The notes: generated from the sequence alone by a model not told the origin. A DNA stretch of 10,902 nucleotides from Coleofasciculus chthonoplastes F2-STO-03 (GCA_040222015.1 JAVJWO010000163.1:1-10902), one strand, 5' to 3'; shown: positions 1 through 7,711, numbered from the stretch's first letter. Numbers and translations are program-made.

Positions 1-124
1 TTGGATCTGTATGTTCGTTCACGTAGTTGCAAGCATCCGCAAACGCCTGAAGGGTTGCCTCTAAGAAGGCCACCTGTTCAGGAGAGGGTTGAAGCTTTAC
101 GACTATCGTGAGGACTTGTTTCAT
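1..124 (-). CDS. tnpB: RNA-guided endonuclease TnpB family protein (IS200/IS605, IS1341-like), 5' part only; runs off the window's left edge
   Basis: Manual translation from the ATG at 124 gives MKQVLTIVVKLQPSPEQVAFLEATLQAFADACNYVNEHTDP..., open to the edge. It matches the typical TnpB N-terminus (T..KL.P..EQ...L......F..ACN). No tnpA-like ORF is seen upstream. Confidence 0.8.
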   Translation of the reverse strand, partial: MKQVLTIVVKLQPSPEQVAFLEATLQAFADACNYVNEHTDP

Positions 125-131
125 GGCTGTC

Positions 132-140
132 ATTATACCA
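132..140 (-). promoter_or_regulatory. Extended -10 promoter (TGnTATAAT) for tnpB
   Basis: Minus strand reads GG-TGG-TATAAT-GACAGCC-ATG: a perfect extended -10 ending 7 nt before the start codon. Confidence 0.6.
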
Positions 141-581
141 CCCGGGAAATAACTGGATAATAATGTTGATCAGATTAACAGATATTCTCGTGTTCCAGAG
201 AGCGCGATAGGATAAAACAAGCTCAACCCTAGGATAGTGGAATGAACAGGGTGATTGTGTCCACAAGGCTTGAAAGCTGTTGCTTTTCGGGTAATTGTTG
301 TAAGGGTTGTGCCATCTGCTGCTTCCTTCGGTTTGATTGAGTGGTGCGTGAGACTCACTGAGCGATAAATGCTAGCCTGATCTGGAGAGTTTTAACCCAT
401 ACCTGATCAATACCAACGGTTGCTCCGCATTGAGTTCACAAAATGCAATCGTTAAGCCAGGAAAACACATTTTTAGGGGCTTGTGATCCAAAACACGTTC
501 AAGGTAGATCCGAGTCTCATCGAGGGCGTACTCTGGGTCAAAATACTGATGTGACTGTCTTGTAAGCAACACAGGAGGGCG

Positions 582-609
582 ATCACTTCTATTTCAGGAT
601 AGAAATGAT
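582..609. promoter_or_regulatory. Imperfect inverted repeat upstream of the HetZ-related gene (possible operator or hairpin)
   Basis: ATCACTTCTAT-TTCAGG-ATAGAAATGAT; 10 of 11 arm positions are complementary. It ends 56 nt before the ATG at 666. Confidence 0.3.
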
Positions 610-665
610 GAAATTAGAACAGCGGACTCTATCAAAACAGTCAGTGCAACCAAAGGGGAGTTGTT

Positions 666-1838
666 ATGCAAACATTAAAACAGGGGTTAGAGGAGTGCCA
701 TCTGATGGAAAGGTGGGCAGATCAACTCGAACAAGAGTGGCAAAAGCGTTTAGCCAATGACTATCCAGGCTATTGCCCAGGGATCAGAACCAGCATTGTC
801 CACTGGTTACTGGGAGAAAACAGGGAACGGTTAAACCACCTACTACCCGACAAACTCAAGATTGTCTGCCAAGCGATGGACTATCGCTATCGGATTTTAC
901 GCCAGCGCTATTTGGGGGTCACTCCAGAGCAAGCCTATCGCAATTTGACGAGTCGGTTAGCGAGTTTAATGACGTTACGGAATAAAATCCGGACGTGGGT
1001 GTCCCTGAGTCGCGATCGCCAACGCGCTGTGGTGGATGTCTTACAAGAAGTGATTCAGGAATTATTAAACAGCGATCGCTATATCCAAGGGCAGATTGGT
1101 TGGATTGCTCAATGTAGTGAAGATATTCATTTACGCGACGCCCTCTTACTTACAACCCTTGAAGAATATTGTATGCGTCCGATCCGCAATCAGCCGTTGG
1201 TTGTCTATCGATTTGTCAATTTTCTCAAGCGATCGGGACGTGGTGGAATGACGCATCTACCTGGCGGGGAAAATGTGCGATTTGTCTCCGAGTCAATTAC
1301 CTCCGATGATACCGATGCTCCAGTGAGTTTATTAGATAATCAAGCGATCGCGGATTATCAAGAGACTCAAGTCTGGCAAGAGCAACAAGTGCTGCGTCTG
1401 TCAGTACGCCAAGAATTTGAAACCTACCTCGACCAAAACGTTGGTGCCCAAGCCGCCCAATGGTTACGCCTGTATCTGCAAGGGAAGTCTCAAGAGGAGA
1501 TCGCTAAGACGTTAGGCTTACCCATCCAAAAGGTTTATCGCTTGCGAGAAAAAGTCAGTTACCATGCGATTCGGGTCTTTTCCCTGAAAGTTAAGCCGGA
1601 ATTAGTCGCCAGTTGGTTAGAGGTATCCTTAAAAGAGCATAACTTAGGGTTAACCCCCATACAGTGGCAAGACTATTGGCAAAGTCTCACCGACCAACAG
1701 CGCCAGTTGCTTCAACAATTGAGAACTGGTAAAACGCTCAATATCATTGCCAAGGATCTAAATTGGAAGTATAACCAGGCACTGGGCGAATGGAGTAAGC
1801 TCTACTTAGCAGCTCAAGACATCCGCAGCTCTTCTTAG
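666..1838 (+). CDS. HetZ-related protein (cyanobacterial; sigma-70 region 4-like HTH regulator)
   Basis: 390 aa with an RBS (GGGGAG, 655-660). Motifs YRILRQRYLG, SLSRDRQRAVVDVLQEVIQELL and the HTH segment LYLQGKSQEEIAKTLGLPIQKVYRLREKVSYHA resemble HetZ-family proteins. A second HTH-like stretch lies near the C-terminus. Confidence 0.8.
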   Translation: MQTLKQGLEECHLMERWADQLEQEWQKRLANDYPGYCPGIRTSIVHWLLGENRERLNHLLPDKLKIVCQAMDYRYRILRQRYLGVTPEQAYRNLTSRLASLMTLRNKIRTWVSLSRDRQRAVVDVLQEVIQELLNSDRYIQGQIGWIAQCSEDIHLRDALLLTTLEEYCMRPIRNQPLVVYRFVNFLKRSGRGGMTHLPGGENVRFVSESITSDDTDAPVSLLDNQAIADYQETQVWQEQQVLRLSVRQEFETYLDQNVGAQAAQWLRLYLQGKSQEEIAKTLGLPIQKVYRLREKVSYHAIRVFSLKVKPELVASWLEVSLKEHNLGLTPIQWQDYWQSLTDQQRQLLQQLRTGKTLNIIAKDLNWKYNQALGEWSKLYLAAQDIRSSS

Positions 1839-2000
1839 AACGTTGATCATTTGCCAATTCCGTGTATTCCCTAACCAACGTTGTTAAAAATTGAAGTCGG
1901 GTTAACAGCTCACCTTTTTGCCAATCCCAAACCGGAAAGTCTATATTATCTGACTCCTGGGGCATCTGAACCGATTGATACTCAGGCTGGAGAAATTACT

Positions 2001-3557
2001 ATGTTACCCTCACCACAGGACCCAGAACGAGCGGACACTCCTGTTCAGTCTCAATCATCCTCTCAAGCGTCAGAACTCTCTGGCGTGGATACTGAGCAAA
2101 TGTTTCGGCTGATTGATAGTATTCTGCCTTTTGAAGCCTGTCTATTTCATCAATTCTTGCCCCTGTCTCTCGAAGGCAAGTACCTGAAGCTAGGTATAGT
2201 CGATCCCCACGACTCCACGGCTCTCGATTATGTGCGTCGCATTCTGGCGTTTATGAACTGTTCCCTCAAAGTCGAACAGATTACCGCCAACACTCATACA
2301 GCGATGTTGTCTGCCTATTTAAATCAAGGTCATCTTGAAACAGCACCGAAAAGGCAACGCTCTAAGCGCCAACAGTCCATTCCTCGGTCGGAACAAGCAA
2401 CGCTAATTATTGATGATGCCAGTTTAGCTGAAGATGAGGCGAATCAGCCTGAGCCGTCAACCCCTTCTCCTCAAGCGGCGGCACAGAAACACAACTCTAC
2501 CCCAGTAGCGTCTCAACCGCAACCGAGTGATGCAGCCCATTTAACGGAGGATGAGACAACTGAACCCCAGCCATCAACCTCTTCCGCTAACGCAGCGACA
2601 GCCTCTCAACCTCCAACCAGCCATGAGGTGAGCCAAACTGAAAATGAGGCGGTGCAGCCTGAGGAATCAAAAGCGGCGGCGAAAACTAATAATAATTCTC
2701 CGGCTAGGGAATCTAAACCGACACTGATTATCGATGATATCCGTCAACTCCAGGAAGAATTAAACCAATCCTCTGATGTACCTAACCTAGAGGATAGCCA
2801 GCCATCGGTAGCAACGCCTCAACCGACGTCACCATCGTCTAATCACTCCCCAGCCCAACCACCGCATCCTTCGGGCAAGACGGTATCGGCTCAAACGGCG
2901 CTGACGCCAGTTTTCCAAAGGTCACTCCCGACTAAGGCTCTTCTATCCTTGGATGTAAACCCCCTCTATTTATCTCGTCCGATCGCGTTTTTGGCAACCT
3001 TAGCCCCCCATCAAATTGTGGAAGAGTTGTTAGGGCGTCTGTTGCAGGGGGGAATTGGTCGGCTGTATTTTCAGCGACAATCTGAGCGGGGTCGCGTTGT
3101 TTTGCGCCAGGATAGCTCTTCCCAGTCTGTCTTGGATAAATTAAGCCTATCTGTTTTTGAAGATATCATTATTGAGCTTAAGCGCTTAGTTAACCTGCCG
3201 CTGCAGCCCATTACCCAGCCCAAACAGATCGAAAGTGAGCGACTCTATCAGCAAGAATCCCTCCTATTGTGTTTGCGGCTAGTACCCGGTACTCATGGGG
3301 AAGAGGCAACGCTACAACTCTTGCGAGGAGCGCCTTTAAACTTCTATCAACAACAAAAGGTGGAACGATTGGGTCAGGATGCGATTAAACTCGCCGGACA
3401 ACTCCAACACAAGCTAAATGAAATCCGCGATCGCTCTTATCGCTATTCCATTCCTCCGGTGGATACACTGCCAACCCTGAACCAACTCTTACACCATCTC
3501 GACATACAACTTGAAACCCTGATGCAGAATTCCCTGGATCAGCAGGACAATTCATGA
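2001..3557 (+). CDS. PilB/GspE N-terminal (T2SSE_N-like) domain protein lacking the ATPase domain
   Basis: Probable start is the ATG at 2001 (GGAGA at 1989-1993), in frame with the track ORF 1881-3557; 518 aa. The N domain (LPFEACLFHQFLPLSLEGKYLKLGIVDPHD..ALDY) is GspE/PilB-N-like. A long P/S/Q/E-rich linker follows, then a PilB N2-like segment (IGRLYFQ...LRLVPGTHGEEATLQLL). There is no Walker A motif. Confidence 0.75.
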   Translation: MLPSPQDPERADTPVQSQSSSQASELSGVDTEQMFRLIDSILPFEACLFHQFLPLSLEGKYLKLGIVDPHDSTALDYVRRILAFMNCSLKVEQITANTHTAMLSAYLNQGHLETAPKRQRSKRQQSIPRSEQATLIIDDASLAEDEANQPEPSTPSPQAAAQKHNSTPVASQPQPSDAAHLTEDETTEPQPSTSSANAATASQPPTSHEVSQTENEAVQPEESKAAAKTNNNSPARESKPTLIIDDIRQLQEELNQSSDVPNLEDSQPSVATPQPTSPSSNHSPAQPPHPSGKTVSAQTALTPVFQRSLPTKALLSLDVNPLYLSRPIAFLATLAPHQIVEELLGRLLQGGIGRLYFQRQSERGRVVLRQDSSSQSVLDKLSLSVFEDIIIELKRLVNLPLQPITQPKQIESERLYQQESLLLCLRLVPGTHGEEATLQLLRGAPLNFYQQQKVERLGQDAIKLAGQLQHKLNEIRDRSYRYSIPPVDTLPTLNQLLHHLDIQLETLMQNSLDQQDNS

Positions 3558-3605
3558 ACCGCGCCTTACTTCGTGAAGACGCGGATTGGCAGAGATAACC
3601 TGCCA

Positions 3606-3633
3606 GTAGAGACCTTCCATGGACGGTCTCTAC
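3606..3633. repeat. GTAG-type REP-like palindrome
   Basis: GTAGAGACC-TTCCATGGAC-GGTCTCTAC: a 28-bp palindrome with one mismatched pair, intergenic, 48 nt after the stop codon. Confidence 0.8.
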
Positions 3634-3683
3634 ATGGCTCCCACTCATTTGTAACGACATATAAAGAACTCTTACGAAAAATA

Positions 3684-3702
3684 GATGACATACTTTATCA
3701 AT
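3684..3702. promoter_or_regulatory. Candidate Fur box upstream of the ferredoxin
   Basis: GATGACATACTTTATCAAT matches 12 of 18 positions of ATTGATAATnATTATCAAT, with a near-perfect right half. It lies 37 nt before the ATG of an Fe-S protein. Confidence 0.35.
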
Positions 3703-3739
3703 TAGAGTTACGGTTAGAGGGAGACATAGGAATACTTTC

Positions 3740-4363
3740 ATGGGTAAATCACATAAAAAAACACAAGTCACCCCCTTTAAGCTAGAGGGACAGTTTGTCA
3801 AATTTCTGGGTAAAGCGGGCAAAAAACCCAAGCTGCTGTGGATCAATACAGAAGCAGGTGAACGATATATCAAGCTGGCTAAACCCTTACGGGAATCTGT
3901 ACCTGAAATCCTCAAACCCGGAGATCCGATAGAAGTCTCTGGCAAACAGAAGTACAAACCCAAAAGTGGGGAATTGAAACTCCAAGCCAAGCGGGTGACA
4001 TTGAAAACCCCGACAGCATCCCAACAATATGAGAAACTTTTGCAACCGTCTCCCAAGAAAACCCAAGCCAGCGTCATGGTGTGTAAAAAGTCCTCCTGTC
4101 GCCAGCGCGGTGCGGCAAAAGTCCATCAAGTAATGAATGACACCTTGCGCGATCGCAACCTTGATAACCAAGTAGCGATTAAAGACACAGGCTGTATGAA
4201 GCAGTGTAAAAAAGGTCCATGTATGGTAGTGATGCCAGACAAAGCCCGGTACAATAAGGTGGCTCCTGAAGACGTACCGATGCTGGTGGACAAGCACTTT
4301 GGCAGTAAACTAAAGCCAGAGGCAAATGTATCCCAACGCTCTACCGTCAGATGTGGAGACTAA
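3740..4363 (+). CDS. Thioredoxin-like (2Fe-2S) ferredoxin domain protein with a basic N-terminal OB-fold-like domain
   Basis: 207 aa. CKKSSC (Cx4C) ... GCMKQCKKGP (Cx3C) is the thioredoxin-like ferredoxin signature. The N-terminal half is Lys-rich (LKPGDPIEVSG). Confidence 0.85.
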   Translation: MGKSHKKTQVTPFKLEGQFVKFLGKAGKKPKLLWINTEAGERYIKLAKPLRESVPEILKPGDPIEVSGKQKYKPKSGELKLQAKRVTLKTPTASQQYEKLLQPSPKKTQASVMVCKKSSCRQRGAAKVHQVMNDTLRDRNLDNQVAIKDTGCMKQCKKGPCMVVMPDKARYNKVAPEDVPMLVDKHFGSKLKPEANVSQRSTVRCGD

Positions 4364-4459
4364 TACTGGGGGATTGGGGGGTCAAGAATTCAGACAACCG
4401 AAAAAATTCTCTGATTCCCCTTGGCGATTAGTGTTGTTGCGAGTTAAACAAGGTGCATA

Positions 4460-5506
4460 ATGAGAGATCTACCGCCACCCGATTCGGACTCCTCTCCACT
4501 AGGTTTGGAGGAATGGATTGGTATAATTATCGCCGTTATCACTATCGGTGGGATTTTGATTGGAGTATTGGGTCAACGGCAAAAGGGATTAAACCTACAG
4601 CAGTGGATTGGCTCACTCACCTCTGAACCAACAACGGAAGCACCAGAAGAGCCAAAAGTGACTTCTCCGATAGCTGAGGAGACTCCCACTCACCAAACCC
4701 TCAGCAGCCCTCCTTTGGCAACAGACTCCCCTTCACCTTCTCCAGCCGTAGCTGCTGCACCCGAATCCCCAGAGGAAGACGAGGCGTTTCCGGAAATAGC
4801 TAGAGCAGTTTCTCTTGCTCCTATTGTCTCAGCTCCCAGGACAGAAACAGAAATACCCACGGAAACCCCGGAATCAACACCGACACCAACCCCAACGGAA
4901 ACGCCTGATGCAGCCGTGAAGTTTACCGATGTTCCAGATGACTATTGGGCAAGTCCTTATATTACCGCTCTGGTGCAGCGAGATATTATGAGCGGCTTTC
5001 CAGAAGATAATACGTTTAAACCAAATAGTTCGATCACTCGGGCAGAATTTGCGGCGTTGCTAAGAAGCGCTTTTGACCAACAACCCACCTTAGAAACACC
5101 CAACTTTAAAGACGTATCCTCAGACTTTTGGGCATGGTCGGCGATTCAGGAAACCAGCAAAACTAATTTTTTGCGTGGCTATCCTAATAATACCTTTCAA
5201 CCCAAGCAACCGATTCCTAAAGTACAAGTTTTAGTGGCACTAGCGAGTGGATTGGGGTTAGAAGCAAATCAATCTCCTCAGGAGGTGTTAAAAACCTATC
5301 AGGATTCAAATCAGATTCCAGAGTATGCGCGTGAAAAAGTCAGTGCGGCGACAGAAGCGGGTATTGTAGTGAATTATCCGAATACTGAGTCTCTCAATCC
5401 GACTCAAGATGTAACTCGTGCTGAGGTAGCGGCGATGGTTTATCAGGCGTTAGTCGAAGCTGGAAAAGCAGACGCGGTAACGTCTGAGTATGTGGTTAAT
5501 CCTTGA
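4460..5506 (+). CDS. S-layer homology (SLH) domain protein with N-terminal membrane anchor
   Basis: Hydrophobic helix (WIGIIIAVITIGGILIGVL), Pro/Thr/Glu linker, then three SLH repeats (FTDVPDDYWA...ITRAEFA; FKDVSSDFWA...GYPNNTFQP; YQDSNQIPEYA...VTRAEVAAMVYQAL). Confidence 0.92.
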   Translation: MRDLPPPDSDSSPLGLEEWIGIIIAVITIGGILIGVLGQRQKGLNLQQWIGSLTSEPTTEAPEEPKVTSPIAEETPTHQTLSSPPLATDSPSPSPAVAAAPESPEEDEAFPEIARAVSLAPIVSAPRTETEIPTETPESTPTPTPTETPDAAVKFTDVPDDYWASPYITALVQRDIMSGFPEDNTFKPNSSITRAEFAALLRSAFDQQPTLETPNFKDVSSDFWAWSAIQETSKTNFLRGYPNNTFQPKQPIPKVQVLVALASGLGLEANQSPQEVLKTYQDSNQIPEYAREKVSAATEAGIVVNYPNTESLNPTQDVTRAEVAAMVYQALVEAGKADAVTSEYVVNP

Positions 5507-5560
5507 TCGAGGATGCCAGATAGGGATAATCCTACTGATCTGACTTTTCACGCCATCTAG

Positions 5561-5728
5561 AAAAATCGATATCAATTCCATCTATCACTGGCGGTGCAAC
5601 AACTTAAACTTGTGGGTGTAGAAGTCGGAACTGGGGGGACATCATTCCGGGATTATTTGGCAAAATACCATAAACAGCAAGCGCCACTATTTCCTGGATT
5701 AACTCAATTTGAACCAGAAACGCTTTGA
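5561..5728 (+). pseudogene. 3' fragment of a tryptophan 2,3-dioxygenase (TDO/IDO superfamily)-like gene
   Basis: Manual translation: KNRYQFHLSLAVQQLKLVGVEVGTGGTSFRDYLAKYHKQQAPLFPGLTQFEPETL*. It shows the His...GTGG..YL...LFP.L C-terminal pattern of TDO-like heme dioxygenases. An in-frame TAG at 5558-5560 precedes it, and there is no ATG. Confidence 0.6.
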
Positions 5729-5797
5729 TTCTAGTTACGCTCTTAACTGAAAACGAGATAAAATTAAGTCGGAGATCCTCTGTAACGGAATAGACCA

Positions 5798-6136
5798 TTG
5801 CACGAACTGGGAATCACACAAAATATCGTTGATATCGTTGCCGAACACGCGCAGGGGGCGAAAGTGCAACGAGTTTGCCTAGAAATTGGTCAGTTAGCGG
5901 CGATAATGCCCGATGCGGTGCTATTTTGTTTTGATGTTTGCAGCAAAGACACTCCCTTAGAAGGGGCAACTCTCGATATTATTGAAATTCCGGGTATTGG
6001 TCGCTGTCGTCACTGTAATGCTCAAATTCCCCTCGATCAACCTTTTGGTCTCTGTGAATGCGGTAGTGTGGAACTGGATATAATATCGGGTCAAGAACTG
6101 AAAATTAAGGAAATGGAGGTCGAACCATGTGTGTAA
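5798..6136 (+). CDS. hypA: Hydrogenase maturation nickel metallochaperone HypA
   Basis: MHE N-terminal Ni motif (TTG start), CRHC and CEC Zn ligands, C-terminal ISGQELKIKEMEV. Confidence 0.95.
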   Translation: MHELGITQNIVDIVAEHAQGAKVQRVCLEIGQLAAIMPDAVLFCFDVCSKDTPLEGATLDIIEIPGIGRCRHCNAQIPLDQPFGLCECGSVELDIISGQELKIKEMEVEPCV

Positions 6137-7065
6137 CCTGCGGCTGTTCTGATGGCGCTGACACCACGCTTACCAACCCGGAAACGGGGGAGGTTGTCGC
6201 CATGGCTAACCCCAATCACGACCAGAGTCATACCCATACTCTACCTAATGGGACTGTGAGCAGGCACTCCTCCTCATCTAGCCACTCCCATACTCACACC
6301 TTACCCGATGGTCGAGTCATCACCCACACTCACACTCACGACTCGTCGGGGAATCACCAGGATCAAGCATCCCAGGTTCACGCCCAGGTTCACGGTACAA
6401 AAATCTCTCTGGAAGAGGATATCCTGGCAAAAAATAATCTAATCGCTGCCCAAAATCGGGGATGGTTTAAAGGGCGTAATATTTTGGCGCTAAATCTAGT
6501 TAGTTCTCCGGGAGCGGGCAAAACGACGTTATTGACGCGCACGATTAAGGATTTACAGGCACAATTACCAATTAATGTAATTGAAGGGGATCAAGCGACA
6601 GCGAATGATGCCCAGAGGATTCAAGAAACTGGGTGTAAGGTTGTCCAAATTAATACCGGAACCGGGTGTCATCTGGAAGCGGCGATGGTGGAACGGGGTT
6701 GTACTCAACTCAATCCTCCCCTCAATTCTGTAGTCATGATTGAGAATGTGGGTAATCTTGTTTGTCCCGCTTTATTTGATTTGGGGGAACAGGCAAAGGT
6801 GGCGATTTTATCGGTAACTGAGGGCGATGATAAGCCGATTAAATATCCTCATATCTTCCGTGCTAGCCAAGTGATGATTCTGACGAAAATTGACCTGTTG
6901 CCTTATGTAGACTTTGATGTGGAACGCTGTATTGAGTATGCGCGAACGGTTAATCCTCAGATGCAGATATTTCAGGTTTCGGCAAAAACAGGTGTTGGGC
7001 TAGAGGGTTGGTATGAATGGTTAACCTCTCAGTGTCAATCCGTGCAACCCTTGGAGTCAATGTGA
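6127..7065 (+). CDS. hypB: Hydrogenase nickel incorporation GTPase HypB
   Basis: MCVTCGC N-terminal metal site, His-rich linker, P-loop SSPGAGKT, GCHL, ENVGNLVCP, EGDDKP.KYP and TKID. It overlaps hypA by 10 nt. Confidence 0.97.
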   Translation: MCVTCGCSDGADTTLTNPETGEVVAMANPNHDQSHTHTLPNGTVSRHSSSSSHSHTHTLPDGRVITHTHTHDSSGNHQDQASQVHAQVHGTKISLEEDILAKNNLIAAQNRGWFKGRNILALNLVSSPGAGKTTLLTRTIKDLQAQLPINVIEGDQATANDAQRIQETGCKVVQINTGTGCHLEAAMVERGCTQLNPPLNSVVMIENVGNLVCPALFDLGEQAKVAILSVTEGDDKPIKYPHIFRASQVMILTKIDLLPYVDFDVERCIEYARTVNPQMQIFQVSAKTGVGLEGWYEWLTSQCQSVQPLESM

Positions 7066-7080
7066 TTGAAGGGGAAGGCT

Positions 7081-7101
7081 GGTGGGCATTGCCCAACCTA
7101 T
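7081..7101 (-). repeat. Degenerate REP-like hairpin downstream of hypB
   Basis: GGTGGGCATTGCCCAACCTAT, with a TGGGCA/TGCCCA palindromic core. Its reverse complement resembles the cyanobacterial GTAGGGTGGGCAATGCCCACC repeat. Confidence 0.55.
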
Positions 7102-7219
7102 GGTATATCAATGGTTTCAGCGATCCAAAAATGCTGATTGGAGCGTGCCATTCGACTTAACTGACTGCCAAAATTATTAACATTAAGGTTTTAATTCCGA
7201 ACCGCTTATTCTTTATGTT

Positions 7220-7681
7220 ATGAAATTTATCGGAATTGATCTCGGTTGGACATCAGGCGCGAGTGGTTTATGTTGTCTAAATTGGTCAGATGGGCAGCTT
7301 CAGCTATTAGAATTAAACCGCAAACAAGCCACAGCGGATATTCTCAATTGGATTGACAATTGGACAACCGCCACTGAACCCGCCTTCATCGCCGTAGACG
7401 CCCCCACGCTCATTCCCAACGCTACCGGAATGCGCCTCCCGGATAAACTTAGTCATCGGTATTTTCACCGCTACCACGCAGGTTGTTATCCCGCCAATCG
7501 CCAACGCCCTTTTGCCCAACGTACAATAGAGTTTGGTCTGAGTTTGGAAACACGGGGGTTTATTCACGCCCCCCAGATAACGCCCCAAACCCTGGGACGC
7601 TACCAAATTGAGGTCTTTCCCCATCCCGCGATCGCTACCCTTGATAAAGATTTTAACATTTACCGTCGTTACCAAACTTGA
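7220..7681 (+). pseudogene. Truncated DUF429 family (RNase H-like predicted nuclease) gene with a foreign C-terminal tail
   Basis: Motifs MKFIGIDLGW, IAVDAPTLIPN.TGMR.PD and IEVFPHPA are DUF429-like. Similarity ends at residue ~138, at the HIP1 site (7628-7635); family members are usually considerably longer. Confidence 0.8.
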
Positions 7682-7711
7682 CCCTTCGATCGGGTGTTTT
7701 TACCCCAGTAA
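7628..7711 (+). pseudogene. 3' remnant of a PIN-domain (VapC-like) gene
   Basis: Same frame reads AIATLDKDFNIYRRYQT*PFDRVFLPQ*. The I.TLD.DF.IYR motif is the C-terminus of VapC/PIN toxins. There is an internal TGA at 7679-7681. Confidence 0.65.

Noticed and set aside
78..572. Short minus-strand ORFs 78-266, 170-358 and 372-572
   Set aside because: No recognisable motifs; the first two overlap each other, and the first overlaps tnpB in another frame.
1881..2000. TTG start at 1881 for the PilB-like gene
   Set aside because: The ATG at 2001 has a better RBS, and the extension has no recognisable features.
3385..4297. ORFs 3385-4077 (-), 3887-4297 (-) and 3573-3785 (+)
   Set aside because: They are shadows of real genes or read through the REP palindrome, with no protein-like motifs.
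5782..5795. NtcA site upstream of hypA
   Set aside because: It reads GTA-N8-GAC rather than GTA-N8-TAC and is too close to the start codon.
5507..5797. Guanidine-I riboswitch and guanidine-hydrolase-type hypAB
   Set aside because: I see no ykkC-type conserved 3' motif and no hydrolase gene. The spacer is better explained by the TDO-like remnant, and HypA looks like the hydrogenase type.
7102..7170. Possible MITE end (CTTAACTGACTGCC) after the hypB REP
   Set aside because: No matching inverted partner was found nearby.
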